A DNA stretch of 64,000 bases, from assembly GCF_009914755.1 (NCBI RefSeq), contig NC_060931.1. One strand, written 5' to 3'. Both the position numbers and the translations under genes were made by a program. The DNA is from the human T2T-CHM13v2.0 reference genome, Homo sapiens. The notes under the pieces were generated by a model that was not told where the DNA came from, did not search any database, and saw only the letters and a list, made by a program, of their open reading frames with translations. Positions within the stretch are counted from its first letter, which is position 1; each line of letters begins with the position of its first letter. Below, in pieces: positions 25,547-39,439 of the stretch.

Positions 25547-27590
25547 TTAGAGAGAGCAGATTTGAAACACTCTTGCTGTGGCATTTTCAGGTGGAGATTT
25601 CAAGCGATTTGAGGACAATTGCAGAAAAGGAAATATCTTCGTATAATAACCAGACAGAATCATTCTCAGAAAGTGCGTTGTGATGTGTGCGTTCAACTCA
25701 CAGAGTTTAACCTTTCTTTTCATAGAGGAGCTTGGAAACACACTGTTTGTAATGTCTGCAATTGGATATATGGACCTGTTTGAGGCCTCCGTTGGAAACG
25801 GGATTTCTTCATTGAATGCTAGACGGAAGAATTCTCAGTAAATTCTTTGTGTTGTGTGCATTCAACTCACAGAGTGGAACGTCCCTTTAGACAGAGCAGA
25901 TTTGAAACACTCTTTTTGCGGAATTTGCAAGTGGAGATTTCTAGCCATTTGATGTCAACAGTAGAAAGGGAAATATCTTCAAATAAAAACCAGACAGAAT
26001 CATTCTCAGAAAATTCGTTGTGATGTGTGTGTTCAACTCACATAGTTTAACCTTTCTTTTCATAGAGCAGTTTGGAAACACTCTGTTTGTAAAGTCTGCA
26101 AGTGGATATATGGACCGCATTGAGGCCTTCGTTGGAAACGGGATTTCTTCATTTCATGCTAGACAGAAGAATTCTCAGTAACTTCTTTGTGCTGTGTGTA
26201 TTCAACTCACAGAGTGGAACGTCCCTTTGCACAGAGCAGATTTGAAACACTCTTTTTGTGGAGTTTGCAAGTGGAGATTTCAAGCGATTTTATGCCAACA
26301 GTAGAAAAGGAAATATCTTCAAATAAAAACTAGACAGAATCATTCTCAGAAACTACTTTGTGATGTGTGCCTTCAACTCACAGAGTTTAACCTTTCTTTT
26401 CTTAGAGCAGTTTAGAAACACTCTGCTTGTTATGTCTGCAAGTGGATATTTGGACCTCTTTGAGGCCTTCGTTGCAAACGGGGTTTCTTCCTTTAATGCT
26501 AGACTAAGAAGAGTTCTCAGTAACTTTTTTGTGTTGTGTGTATTCAACTCACAGAGTTGAACCTTGCTTTAGAGAGAGCAGATTTGAAACACTCTCGCTG
26601 TGGAATTTTCAGGTGGAGATTTCAAGCGATTTGAGGACAATTGCAGAAAAGGAAATATCTTCGTATAATAACCAGACAGAATCATTCTCAGAAAGTGCTT
26701 TGTGATGTGTGCGTTCAACTCACAGAGTTTAACCTTTCTTTTCATAGAGGAGTTTGGAAACACACTGTTTGTAAAGTCTGCAATTGGATATATGGACCTG
26801 TTTGAGGCCTTCGTTGGAAACGGGATTTCTTCATTGAATGCTAGACGGAAGGATTCTCAGTAAATTCTTTGTGTTGTGTGCATTCAACTCACAGAGTGGA
26901 ACGTCCCTTTAGACAGAGCAGATTTGAAACACTCTTTTTGCGGAATTTGCAAGTGGAGATTTCTAGCCATTTGATGCCAACAGTAGAAAGGGAAATATCT
27001 TCAAATAAAAACCAGACAGAATCATTCTCAGAAAATTCTTTGTGATGTGTGCGTTCAACTCACATAGTTTAACCTTTCTTTTCATAGAGCAGTTTGGAAA
27101 CACTCTGTTTGTAAAGTCTGCAAGTGGATATATGGACCGCATTGAGGCCTTCGTTGGAAACGGGATTTCTTCATTTCATACTAGACAGAAGAATTCTCAG
27201 TAACTTCTTTGTGCTGTGTGTATTCAACTCACAGAGTGGAACGTCCCTTTGCACAGAGCAGATTTGAAACACTCTTTTTGTGGAGTTTGCAAGTGGAGAT
27301 TTCAAGCGATTTGATGCCAACAGTAGAAAAGGAAATATCTTCAAATAAAAACTAGACAGAATCATTCTCAGAAACTACTTTGTGATGTGTGCCTTCAACT
27401 CACAGAGTTTAAACTTTCTTTTCTTAGAGCAGCTTAGAAACACTCTGCTTGTTATGTCTGCAAGTGGATATTTGGACCTCTTTGAGGCCTTCGTTGCAAA
27501 CGGGGTTTCTTCCTTTAATGCTAGACTAAGAAGAGTTCTCAGTAACTTTTTTGTGTTGTGTGTATTCAACTCACAGAGTTGAACCTTGCT

Positions 27591-28272
27591 TTAGAGAGAG
27601 CAGATTTGAAACACTCTTGCTGTGGCATTTTCAGGTGGAGATTTCAAGCGATTTGAGGACAATTGCAGAAAAGGAAATATCTTCGTATAATAACCAGACA
27701 GAATCATTCTCAGAAAGTGCGTTGTGATGTGTGCGTTCAACTCACAGAGTTTAACCTTTCTTTTCATAGAGGAGCTTGGAAACACACTGTTTGTAATGTC
27801 TGCAATTGGATATATGGACCTGTTTGAGGCCTTCGTTGGAAACGGGATTTCTTCATTGAATGCTAGACAGAAGAATTCTCAGTAACTTCTTTGTGCTGTG
27901 TGTATTCAACTCACAGAGTGGAACGTCCCTTTGCACAGAGCAGATTTGAAACACTCTTTTTGTGGAGTTTGCTAGTGGAGATTTCAAGCGATTTGATGCC
28001 AACAGTAGAAAAGGAAATATCTTCAAATAAAAACTAGACAGAATCATTCTCAGAAACTACTTTGTGATGTGTGCCTTTAACTCACAGAGTTTAACCTTTC
28101 TTTTCATAAAGCAGTTTGGAAACACTCTGTTTGTAAAGTCTGCAAGTGGATATTTGGACCTCTTTGAGGCCTTCGTTGCAAACGGGGTTTCTTCCTTTCA
28201 TGCTAGACTAAGAAGAGTTCTCAGTAACTTTTTTGTGTTGTGTGTATTCAACTCACAGAGTTGAACCTTGCT
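27591..28272 (+). repeat. 4-mer HOR structural variant (682 bp), copy 2
   Basis: Marker spacing 27591 to 28273 is 682 bp, with the same hybrid junction at about 27860-27868. Confidence 0.95.
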
Positions 28273-31200
28273 TTAGAGAGAGCAGATTTGAAACACTCTT
28301 GCTGTGGCATTTTCAGGTGGAGATTTCAAGCGATTTGAGGACAATTGCAGAAAAGGAAATATCTTCGTATAATAACCAGACAGAATCATTCTCAGAAAGT
28401 GCGTTGTGATGTGTGCGTTCAACTCACAGAGTTTAACCTTTCTTTTCATAGAGGAGCTTCGAAACACACTGTTTGTAATGTCTGCAATTGGATATATGGA
28501 CCTGTTTGAGGCCTCCGTTGGAAACGGGATTTCTTCATTGAATGCTAGACGGAAGAATTCTCAGTAAATTCTTTGTGTTGTGTGCATTCAACTCACAGAG
28601 TGGAACGTCCCTTTAGACAGAGCAGATTTGAAACACTCTTTTTGCGGAATTTGCAAGTGGAGATTTCTAGCCATTTGATGTCAACAGTAGAAAGGGAAAT
28701 ATCTTCAAATAAAAACCAGACAGAATCATTCTCAGAAAATTCGTTGTGATGTGTGTGTTCAACTCACATAGTTTAACCTTTCTTTTCATAGAGCAGTTTG
28801 GAAACACTCTGTTTGTAAAGTCTGCAAGTGGATATATGGACCGCATTGAGGCCTTCGTTGGAAACGGGATTTCTTCATTTCATGCTAGACAGAAGAATTC
28901 TCAGTAACTTCTTTGTGCTGTGTGTATTCAACTCACAGAGTGGAACGTCCCTTTGCACAGAGCAGATTTGAAACACTCTTTTTGTGGAGTTTGCAAGTGG
29001 AGATTTCAAGCGATTTTATGCCAACAGTAGAAAAGGAAATATCTTCAAATAAAAACTAGACAGAATCATTCTCAGAAACTACTTTGTGATGTGTGCCTTC
29101 AACTCACAGAGTTTAACCTTTCTTTTCTTAGAGCAGTTTAGAAACACTCTGCTTGTTATGTCTGCAAGTGGATATTTGGACCTCTTTGAGGCCTTCGTTG
29201 CAAACGGGGTTTCTTCCTTTAATGCTAGACTAAGAAGAGTTCTCAGTAACTTTTTTGTGTTGTGTGTATTCAACTCACAGAGTTGAACCTTGCTTTAGAG
29301 AGAGCAGATTTGAAACACTCTCGCTGTGGAATTTTCAGGTGGAGATTTCAAGCGATTTGAGGACAATTGCAGAAAAGGAAATATCTTCGTATAATAACCA
29401 GACAGAATCATTCTCAGAAAGTGCTTTGTGATGTGTGCGTTCAACTCACAGAGTTTAACCTTTCTTTTCATAGAGGAGTTTGGAAACACACTGTTTGTAA
29501 AGTCTGCAATTGGATATATGGACCTGTTTGAGGCCTTCGTTGGAAACGGGATTTCTTCATTGAATGCTAGACGGAAGGATTCTCAGTAAATTCTTTGTGT
29601 TGTGTGCATTCAACTCACAGAGTGGAACGTCCCTTTAGACAGAGCAGATTTGAAACACTCTTTTTGCGGAATTTGCAAGTGGAGATTTCTAGCCATTTGA
29701 TGCCAACAGTAGAAAGGGAAATATCTTCAAATAAAAACCAGACAGAATCATTCTCAGAAAATTCTTTGTGATGTGTGCGTTCAACTCACATAGTTTAACC
29801 TTTCTTTTCATAGAGCAGTTTGGAAACACTCTGTTTGTAAAGTCTGCAAGTGGATATATGGACCGCATTGAGGCCTTCGTTGGAAACGGGATTTCTTCAT
29901 TTCATACTAGACAGAAGAATTCTCAGTAACTTCTTTGTGCTGTGTGTATTCAACTCACAGAGTGGAACGTCCCTTTGCACAGAGCAGATTTGAAACACTC
30001 TTTTTGTGGAGTTTGCAAGTGGAGATTTCAAGCGATTTGATGCCAACAGTAGAAAAGGAAATATCTTCAAATAAAAACTAGACAGAATCATTCTCAGAAA
30101 CTACTTTGTGATGTGTGCCTTTAACTCACAGAGTTTAACCTTTCTTTTCTTAGAGCAGTTTAGAAACACTCTGCTTGTTATGTCTGCAAGTGGATATTTG
30201 GACCTCTTTGAGGCCTTCGTTGCAAACGGGGTTTCTTCCTTTCATGCTAGACTAAGAAGAGTTCTCAGTAACTTTTTTGTGTTGTGTGTATTCAACTCAC
30301 AGAGTTGAACCTTGCTTTAGAGACAGCAGATTTGAAACACTCTTGCTGTGGCATTTTCAGGTGGAGATTTCAAGCGATTTGAGGACAATTGCAGAAAAGG
30401 AAATATCTTCGTATAATAACCAGACAGAATCATTCTCAGAAAGTGCTTTGTGATGTGTGCGTTCAACTCACAGAGTTTAACCTTTCTTTTCATAGAGGAG
30501 TTTGGAAACACACTGTTTGTAAAGTCTGCAATTGGATATATGGACCTGTTTGAGGCCTCCGTTGGAAACGGGATTTCTTCATTGAATGCTAGACGGAAGA
30601 ATTCTCAGTAAATTCTTTGTGTTGTGTGCATTGAACTCACAGAGTGGAACGTCCCTTTAGACAGAGCAGATTTGAAACACTCTTTTTGCGGAATTTGCAA
30701 GTGGAGATTTCTAGCCATTTGATGTCAACAGTAGAAAGGGAAATATCTTCAAATAAAAACCAGACAGAATCATTCTCAGAAAATTCTTTGTGATCTGTGT
30801 GTTCAACTCACATAGTTTAACCTTTCTTTTCATAGAGCAGTTTGGAAACACTCTGTTTGTAAAGTCTGCAAGTGGATATATGGACCGCATTGAGGCCTTC
30901 GTTGGAAACGGGACTTCTTCATTTCATGCTAGACAGAAGAATTCTCAGTAACTTCTTTGTGCTGTGTGTATTCAACTCACAGAGTGGAACGTCCCTTTGC
31001 ACAGAGCAGATTTGAAACACTCTTTTTGTGGAGTTTGCAAGTGGAGATTTCAAGCGATTTGATGCCAACAGTAGAAAAGGAAATATCTTCAAATAAAAAC
31101 TAGACAGAATCATTCTCAGAAACTACTTTGTGATGTGTGCCTTCAACTCACAGAGTTTAACCTTTCTTTTCTTAGAGCAGCTTAGAAACACTCTGCTTGT

Positions 31201-33639
31201 TATGTCTGCAAGTGGATATTTGGACCTCTTTGAGGCCTTCGTTGCAAACGGGGTTTCTTCCTTTAATGCTAGACTAAGAAGAGTTCTCAGTAACTTTTTT
31301 GTGTTGTGTGTATTCAACTCACAGAGTTGAACCTTGCTTTAGAGAGAGCAGATTTGAATCACTCTTGCTGTGGCATTTTCAGGTGGAGATTTCAAGCGAT
31401 TTGAGGACAATTGCAGAAAAGGAAATATCTTCGTATAATAACCAGACAGAATCATTCTCAGAAAGTGCTTTGTGATGTGTGCGTTCAACTCACAGAGTTT
31501 AACCTTTCTTTTCATAGAGGAGTTTGGAAACACACTGTTTGTAAAGTCTGCAATTGGATATATGGACCTGTTTGAGGCCTTCGTTGGAAACGGGATTTCT
31601 TCATTGAATGCTAGACGGAAGAATTCTCAGTAAATTCTTTGTGTTGTGTGCATTCAACTCACAGAGTGGAACGTCCCTTTAGACAGAGCAGATTTGAAAC
31701 ACTCTTTTTGCGGAATTTGCAAGTGGAGATTTCTAGCCATTTGATGCCAACAGTAGAAAGGGAAATATCTTCAAATAAAAACCAGACAGAATCATTCTCA
31801 GAAAATTCTTTGTGATGTGTGCGTTCAACTCACATAGTTTAACCTTTCTTTTCATAGAGCAGTTTGGAAACACTCTGTTTGTAAAGTCTGCAAGTGGATA
31901 TATGGACCGCATTGAGGCCTTCGTTGGAAACGGGATTTCTTCATTTCATGCTAGACAGAAGAATTCTCAGTAACTTCTTTGTGCTGTGTGTATTCAACTC
32001 ACAGAGTGGAACGTCCCTTTGCACAGAGCAGATTTGAAACACTCTTTTTGTGGAGTTTGCAAGTGGAGATTTCAAGCGATTTGATGCCAACAGTAGAAAA
32101 GGAAATATCTTCAAATAAAAACTAGACAGAATCATTCTCAGAAACTACTTTGTGATGTGTGCCTTCAACTCACAGAGTTTAACCTTTCTTTTCTTAGAGC
32201 AGTTTAGAAACACTCTGCTTGTTATGTCTGCAAGTGGATATTTGGACCTCTTTGAGGCCTTCGTTGCAAACGGGGTTTCTTCCTTTCATGCTAGACTAAG
32301 AAGAGTTCTCAGTAACTTTTTTGTGTTGTGTGTATTCAACTCACAGAGTTGAACCTTGCTTTAGAGAGAGCAGATTTGAAACACTCTTGCTGTGGCATTT
32401 TCAGGTGGAGATTTCAAGCGATTTGAGGACAATTGCAGAAAAGGAAATATCTTCGTATAATAACCAGACAGAATCATTCTCAGAAAGTGCTTTGTGATGT
32501 GTGCGTTCAACTCACAGAGTTTAACCTTTCTTTTCATAGAGGAGTTTGGAAACACACTGTTTGTAAAGTCTGCAATTGGATATATGGACCTGTTTGAGGC
32601 CTTCGTTGGAAACGGGATTTCTTCATTGAATGCTAGACGGAAGAATTCTCAGTAAATTCTTTGTGTTGTGTGCATTCAACTCACAGAGTGGAACGTCCCT
32701 TTAGACAGAGCAGATTTGAAACACTCTTTTTGCGGAATTTGCAAGTGGAGATTTCTAGCCATTTGATGCCAACAGTAGAAAGGGAAATATCTTCAAATAA
32801 AAACCAGACAGAATCATTCTCAGAAAATTCTTTGTGATGTGTGCCTTCAACTCACATAGTTTAACCTTTCTTTTCATAGAGCAGTTTGGAAACACTCTGT
32901 TTGTAAAGTCTGCAAGTGGATATATGGACCGCATTGAGGCCTTCGTTGGAAACGGGATTTCTTCATTTCATGCTAGACAGAAGAATTCTCAGTAACTTCT
33001 TTGTGCTGTGTGTATTCAACTCACAGATTGGAACGTCCCTTTGCACAGAGCAGATTTGAAACACTCTTTTTGTGGAGTTTGCAAGTGGAGATTTCAAGCG
33101 ATTTAATGCCAACAGTAGAAAAGGAAATATCTTCAAATAAAAACTAGACAGAATCATTCTCAGAAACTACTTTGTGATGTGTGCCTTCAACTCACAGAGT
33201 TTAACCTTTCTTTTCTTAGAGCAGTTTAGAAACACTCTGCTTGTTATGTCTGCAAGTGGATATTTGGACCTCTTTGAGGCCTTCGTTGCAAACGGGGTTT
33301 CTTCCTTTCATGCTAGACTAAGAAGAGTTCTCAGTAACTTTTTTGTGTTGTGTGTATTCAACTCACAGAGTTGAACCTTGCTTTAGAGAGAGCAGATTTG
33401 AAACACTCTTGCTGTGGCATTTTCAGGTGGAGATTTCAAGCGATTTGAGGACAATTGCAGAAAAGGAAATATCTTCGTATAATAACCAGACAGAATCATT
33501 CTCAGAAAGTGCTTTGTGATGTGTGCGTTCAACTCACAGAGTTTAACCTTTCTTTTCATAGAGGAGTTTGGAAACACACTGTTTGTAAAGTCTGCAATTG
33601 GATATATGGACCTGTTTGAGGCCTTCGTTTGAAACGGGA

Positions 33640-36600
33640 TTTCTTCATTGAATGCTAGACGGAAGAATTCTCAGTAAATTCTTTGTGTTGTGTGCATTCA
33701 ACTCACAGAGTGGAACGTCCCTTTAGACAGAGTAGATTTGAAACACTCTTTTTGCGGAATTTGCAAGTGGAGATTTCTAGCCATTTGATGCCAACAGTAG
33801 AAAGGGAAATATCTTCAAATAAAAACCAGACAGAATCATTCTCAGAAAATTCTTTGTGATGTGTGCGTTCAACTCACATAGTTTAACCTTTCTTTTCATA
33901 GAGCAGTTTGGAAACACTCTGTTTGTAAAGTCTGCAAGTGGATATATGGACCGCATTGAGGCCTTCGTTGGAAACGGGATTTCTTCATTTCATGCTAGAC
34001 AGAAGAATTCTCAGTAACTTCTTTGTGCTGTGTGTATTCAACTCACAGAGTGGAACATCCCTTTGCACAGAGCAGATTTGAAACACTCTTTTTGTGGAGT
34101 TTGCAAGTGGAGATTTCAAGCGATTAGATGCCAACAGTAGAAAAGGAAATATCTTCAAATAAAAACTAGACAGAATCATTCTCAGAAACTACTTTGTGAT
34201 GTGTGCCTTCAACTCACAGAGTTTAACCTTTCTTTTCTTAGAGCAGTTTAGAAACACTCTGCTTGTTATGTCTGCAAGTGGATATTTGGACCTCTTTGAG
34301 GCCTTCGTTGCAAACGGGGTTTCTTCCTTTCATGCTAGACTAAGAAGAGTTCTCAGTAACTTTTTTGTGTTGTGTGTATTCAACTCACAGAGTTGAACCT
34401 TGCTTTAGAGAGAGCAGATTTGAAACACTCTTGCTGTGGCATTTTCAGGTGGAGATTTCAAGCGATTTGAGGACAATTGCAGAAAAGGAAATATCTTCGT
34501 ATAATAACCAGACAGAATCATTCTCAGAAAGTGCTTTGTGATGTGTGCGTTCAACTCACAGAGTTTAACCTTTCTTTTCATAGAGGAGTTTGGAAACACA
34601 CTGTTTGTAAAGTCTGCAAGTGGATACATGGACCTGTTTGAGGCCTTCGTTGGAAACGGGATTTCTTCATTGAATGCTAGACGGAAGAATTCTCAGTAAA
34701 TTCTTTGTGTTGTGTGCATTCAACTCACAGAGTGGAACGTCCCTTTAGACAGAGCAGATTTGAAACTCTCTTTTTGCGGAATTTGCAAGTGGAGATTTCT
34801 AGCCATTTGATGCCAACAGTAGAAAGGGAAATATCTTCAAATAAAAACCAGACAGAATCATTCTCAGAAAATTCTTTGTGATGTGTGCGTTCAACTCACA
34901 TAGTTTAACCTTTCTTTTCATAGAGCAGTTTGGAAACACTCTGTTTGTAAAGTCTGCAAGTGGATATATGGACCGCATTGAGGCCTTCGTTGGAAACGGG
35001 ATTTCTTCATTTCATGCTAGACAGAAGAATTCTCAGTAACTTCTTTGTGCTGTGTGTATTCAACTCACAGAGTGGAACGTCCCTTTACACAGAGCAGATT
35101 TGAAACACTCTTTTTGTGGAGTTTGCAAGTGGAGATTTCAAGCGATTTGATGCCAACAGTAGAAAAGGAAATATCTTCAAATAAAAACTAGACAGAATCA
35201 TTCTCAGAAACTACTTTGTGATGTGTGCCTTCAACTCACAGAGTTTAACCTTTCTTTTCTTAGAGCAGTTTAGAAACACTCTGCTTGTTATGTCTGCAAG
35301 TGGATATTTGGACCTCTTTGAGGCCTTCGTTGCAAACGGGGTTTCTTCCTTTCATGCTAGACTAAGAAGAGTTCTCAGTAACTTTTTTGTGTTGTGTGTA
35401 TTCAACTCACAGAGTTGAACCTTGCTTTAGAGAGAGCAGATTTGAAACACTCTTGCTGTGGCATTTTCAGGTGGAGATTTCAAGCGATTTGAGGACAATT
35501 GCAGAAAAGGAAATATCTTCGTATAATAACCAGACAGAATCATTCTCAGAAAGTGCTTTGTGATGTGTGCGTTCAACTCACAGAGTTTAACCTTTCTTTT
35601 CATAGAGGAGTTTGGAAACACACTGTTTGTAAAGTCTGCAAGTGGATATATGGACCTGTTTGAGGCCTTCGTTGGAAACGGGATTTCTTCATTGAATGCT
35701 AGACGGAAGAATTCTCAGTAAATTCTTTGTGTTGTGTGCATTCAACTCACAGAGTGGAACGTCCCTTTAGACAGAGCAGATTTGAAACACTCTTTTTGCG
35801 GAATTTGCAAGTGGAGATTTCTAGCCATTTGATGCCAACAGTAGAAAGGGAAATATCTTCAAATAAAAACCAGACAGAATCATTCTCAGAAAATTCTTTG
35901 TGATGTGTGCGTTCAACTCACATAGTTTAACCTTTCTTTTCATAGAGCAGTTTGGAAACACTCTGTTTGTAAAGTCTGCAAGTGGATATATGGACCGCAT
36001 TGAGGCCTTCGTTGGAAACGGGATTTCTTCATTTCATGCTAGACAGAAGAATTCTCAGTAACTTCTTTGTGCTGTGTGTATTCAACTCACAGAGTGGAAC
36101 GTCCCTTTGCACAGAGCAGATTTGAAACACTCTTTTTGTGGAGTTTGCAAGTGGAGATTTCAAGCGATTTGATGCCAACAGTAGGGAAGGAAATATCTTC
36201 AAATAAAAACTAGACACAATCATTCTCAGAAACTACTTTGTGATGTGTGCCTTCAACTCACAGAGTTTAACCTTTCTTTTCTTAGAGCAGCTTAGAAACA
36301 CTCTGCTTGTTATGTCTGCAAGTGGATATTTGGACCTCTTTGAGGCCTTCGTTGCAAACGGGGTTTCTTCCTTTAATGCTAGACTAAGAAGAGTTCTCAG
36401 TAACTTTTTTGTGTTGTGTGTATTCAACTCACAGAGTTGAACCTTGCTTTAGAGAGAGCAGATTTGAAACACTCTTGCTGTGGCATTTTCAGGTGGAGAT
36501 TTCAAGCGATTTGAGGACAATTGCAGAAAAGGAAATATCTTCGTATAATAACCAGACAGAATCATTCTCAGAAAGTGCTTTGTGATGTGTGCGTTCAACT

Positions 36601-39330
36601 CACAGAGTTTAACCTTTCTTTTCATAGAGGAGTTTGGAAACACACTGTTTGTAAAGTCTGCAATTGGATATATGGACCTGTTTGAGGCCTTCGTTGGAAA
36701 CGGGATTTCTTCATTGAATGCTAGACGGAAGAATTCTCAGTAAATTCTTTGTGTTGTGTGCATTCAACTCACAGAGTGGAACGTCCCTTTAGACAGAGTA
36801 GATTTGAAACACTCTTTTTGCGGAATTTGCAAGTGGAGATTTCTAGCCATTTGATGCCAACAGTAGAAAGGGAAATATCTTCAAATAAAAACCAGACAGA
36901 ATCATTCTCAGAAAATTCTTTGTGATGTGTGCGTTCAACTCACATAGTTTAACCTTTCTTTTCATAGAGCAGTTTGGAAACACTCTGTTTGTAAAGTCTG
37001 CAAGTGGATATATGGACCGCATTGAGGCCTTCGTTGGAAACGGGATTTCTTCATTTCATGCTAGACAGAAGAATTCTCAGTAACTTCTTTGTGCTGTGTG
37101 TATTCAACTCACAGAGTGGAACATCCCTTTGCACAGAGCAGATTTGAAACACTCTTTTTGTGGAGTTTGCAAGTGGAGATTTCAAGCGATTAGATGCCAA
37201 CAGTAGAAAAGGAAATATCTTCAAATAAAAACTAGACAGAATCATTCTCAGAAACTACTTTGTGATGTGTGCCTTCAACTCACAGAGTTTAACCTTTCTT
37301 TTCTTAGAGCAGTTTAGAAACACTCTGCTTGTTATGTCTGCAAGTGGATATTTGGACCTCTTTGAGGCCTTCGTTGCAAACGGGGTTTCTTCCTTTCATG
37401 CTAGACTAAGAAGAGTTCTCAGTAACTTTTTTGTGTTGTGTGTATTCAACTCACAGAGTTGAACCTTGCTTTAGAGAGAGCAGATTTGAAACACTCTTGC
37501 TGTGGCATTTTCAGGTGGAGATTTCAAGCGATTTGAGGACAATTGCAGAAAAGGAAATATCTTCGTATAATAACCAGACAGAATCATTCTCAGAAAGTGC
37601 TTTGTGATGTGTGCGTTCAACTCACAGAGTTTAACCTTTCTTTTCATAGAGGAGTTTGGAAACACACTGTTTGTAAAGTCTGCAAGTGGATACATGGACC
37701 TGTTTGAGGCCTTCGTTGGAAACGGGATTTCTTCATTGAATGCTAGACGGAAGAATTCTCAGTAAATTCTTTGTGTTGTGTGCATTCAACTCACAGAGTG
37801 GAACGTCCCTTTAGACAGAGCAGATTTGAAACTCTCTTTTTGCGGAATTTGCAAGTGGAGATTTCTAGCCATTTGATGCCAACAGTAGAAAGGGAAATAT
37901 CTTCAAATAAAAACCAGACAGAATCATTCTCAGAAAATTCTTTGTGATGTGTGCGTTCAACTCACATAGTTTAACCTTTCTTTTCATAGAGCAGTTTGGA
38001 AACACTCTGTTTGTAAAGTCTGCAAGTGGATATATGGACCGCATTGAGGCCTTCGTTGGAAACGGGATTTCTTCATTTCATGCTAGACAGAAGAATTCTC
38101 AGTAACTTCTTTGTGCTGTGTGTATTCAACTCACAGAGTGGAACGTCCCTTTACACAGAGCAGATTTGAAACACTCTTTTTGTGGAGTTTGCAAGTGGAG
38201 ATTTCAAGCGATTTGATGCCAACAGTAGAAAAGGAAATATCTTCAAATAAAAACTAGACAGAATCATTCTCAGAAACTACTTTGTGATGTGTGCCTTCAA
38301 CTCACAGAGTTTAACCTTTCTTTTCTTAGAGCAGTTTAGAAACACTCTGCTTGTTATGTCTGCAAGTGGATATTTGGACCTCTTTGAGGCCTTCGTTGCA
38401 AACGGGGTTTCTTCCTTTCATGCTAGACTAAGAAGAGTTCTCAGTAACTTTTTTGTGTTGTGTGTATTCAACTCACAGAGTTGAACCTTGCTTTAGAGAG
38501 AGCAGATTTGAAACACTCTTGCTGTGGCATTTTCAGGTGGAGATTTCAAGCGATTTGAGGACAATTGCAGAAAAGGAAATATCTTCGTATAATAACCAGA
38601 CAGAATCATTCTCAGAAAGTGCTTTGTGATGTGTGCGTTCAACTCACAGAGTTTAACCTTTCTTTTCATAGAGGAGTTTGGAAACACACTGTTTGTAAAG
38701 TCTGCAAGTGGATATATGGACCTGTTTGAGGCCTTCGTTGGAAACGGGATTTCTTCATTGAATGCTAGACGGAAGAATTCTCAGTAAATTCTTTGTGTTG
38801 TGTGCATTCAACTCACAGAGTGGAACGTCCCTTTAGACAGAGCAGATTTGAAACACTCTTTTTGCGGAATTTGCAAGTGGAGATTTCTAGCCATTTGATG
38901 CCAACAGTAGAAAGGGAAATATCTTCAAATAAAAACCAGACAGAATCATTCTCAGAAAATTCTTTGTGATGTGTGCGTTCAACTCACATAGTTTAACCTT
39001 TCTTTTCATAGAGCAGTTTGGAAACACTCTGTTTGTAAAGTCTGCAAGTGGATATATGGACCGCATTGAGGCCTTCGTTGGAAACGGGATTTCTTCATTT
39101 CATGCTAGACAGAAGAATTCTCAGTAACTTCTTTGTGCTGTGTGTATTCAACTCACAGAGTGGAACGTCCCTTTGCACAGAGCAGATTTGAAACACTCTT
39201 TTTGTGGAGTTTGCAAGTGGAGATTTCAAGCGATTTGATGCCAACAGTAGAGAAGGAAATATCTTCAAATAAAAACTAGACACAATCATTCTCAGAAACT
39301 ACTTTGTGATGTGTGCCTTCAACTCACAGA
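33640..39330 (+). repeat. Tandem duplication of a 3-HOR block (period 3066 bp)
   Basis: Rare variants repeat at +3066: GGAACATCC 34057/37123, CGATTAGAT 34126/37192, GGATACATGG 34627/37693, GACACAATC ~36216/39282. Boundaries are approximate. Confidence 0.85.
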
Positions 39331-39439
39331 GTTCAACCTTTCTTTTCTTAGAGCAGTTTAGAAACACTCTGCTTGTTATGTCTGCAAGTGGATATTTGGA
39401 CCTCTTTGAGGCCTTCGTTGCAAACGGGGTTTCTTCCTT

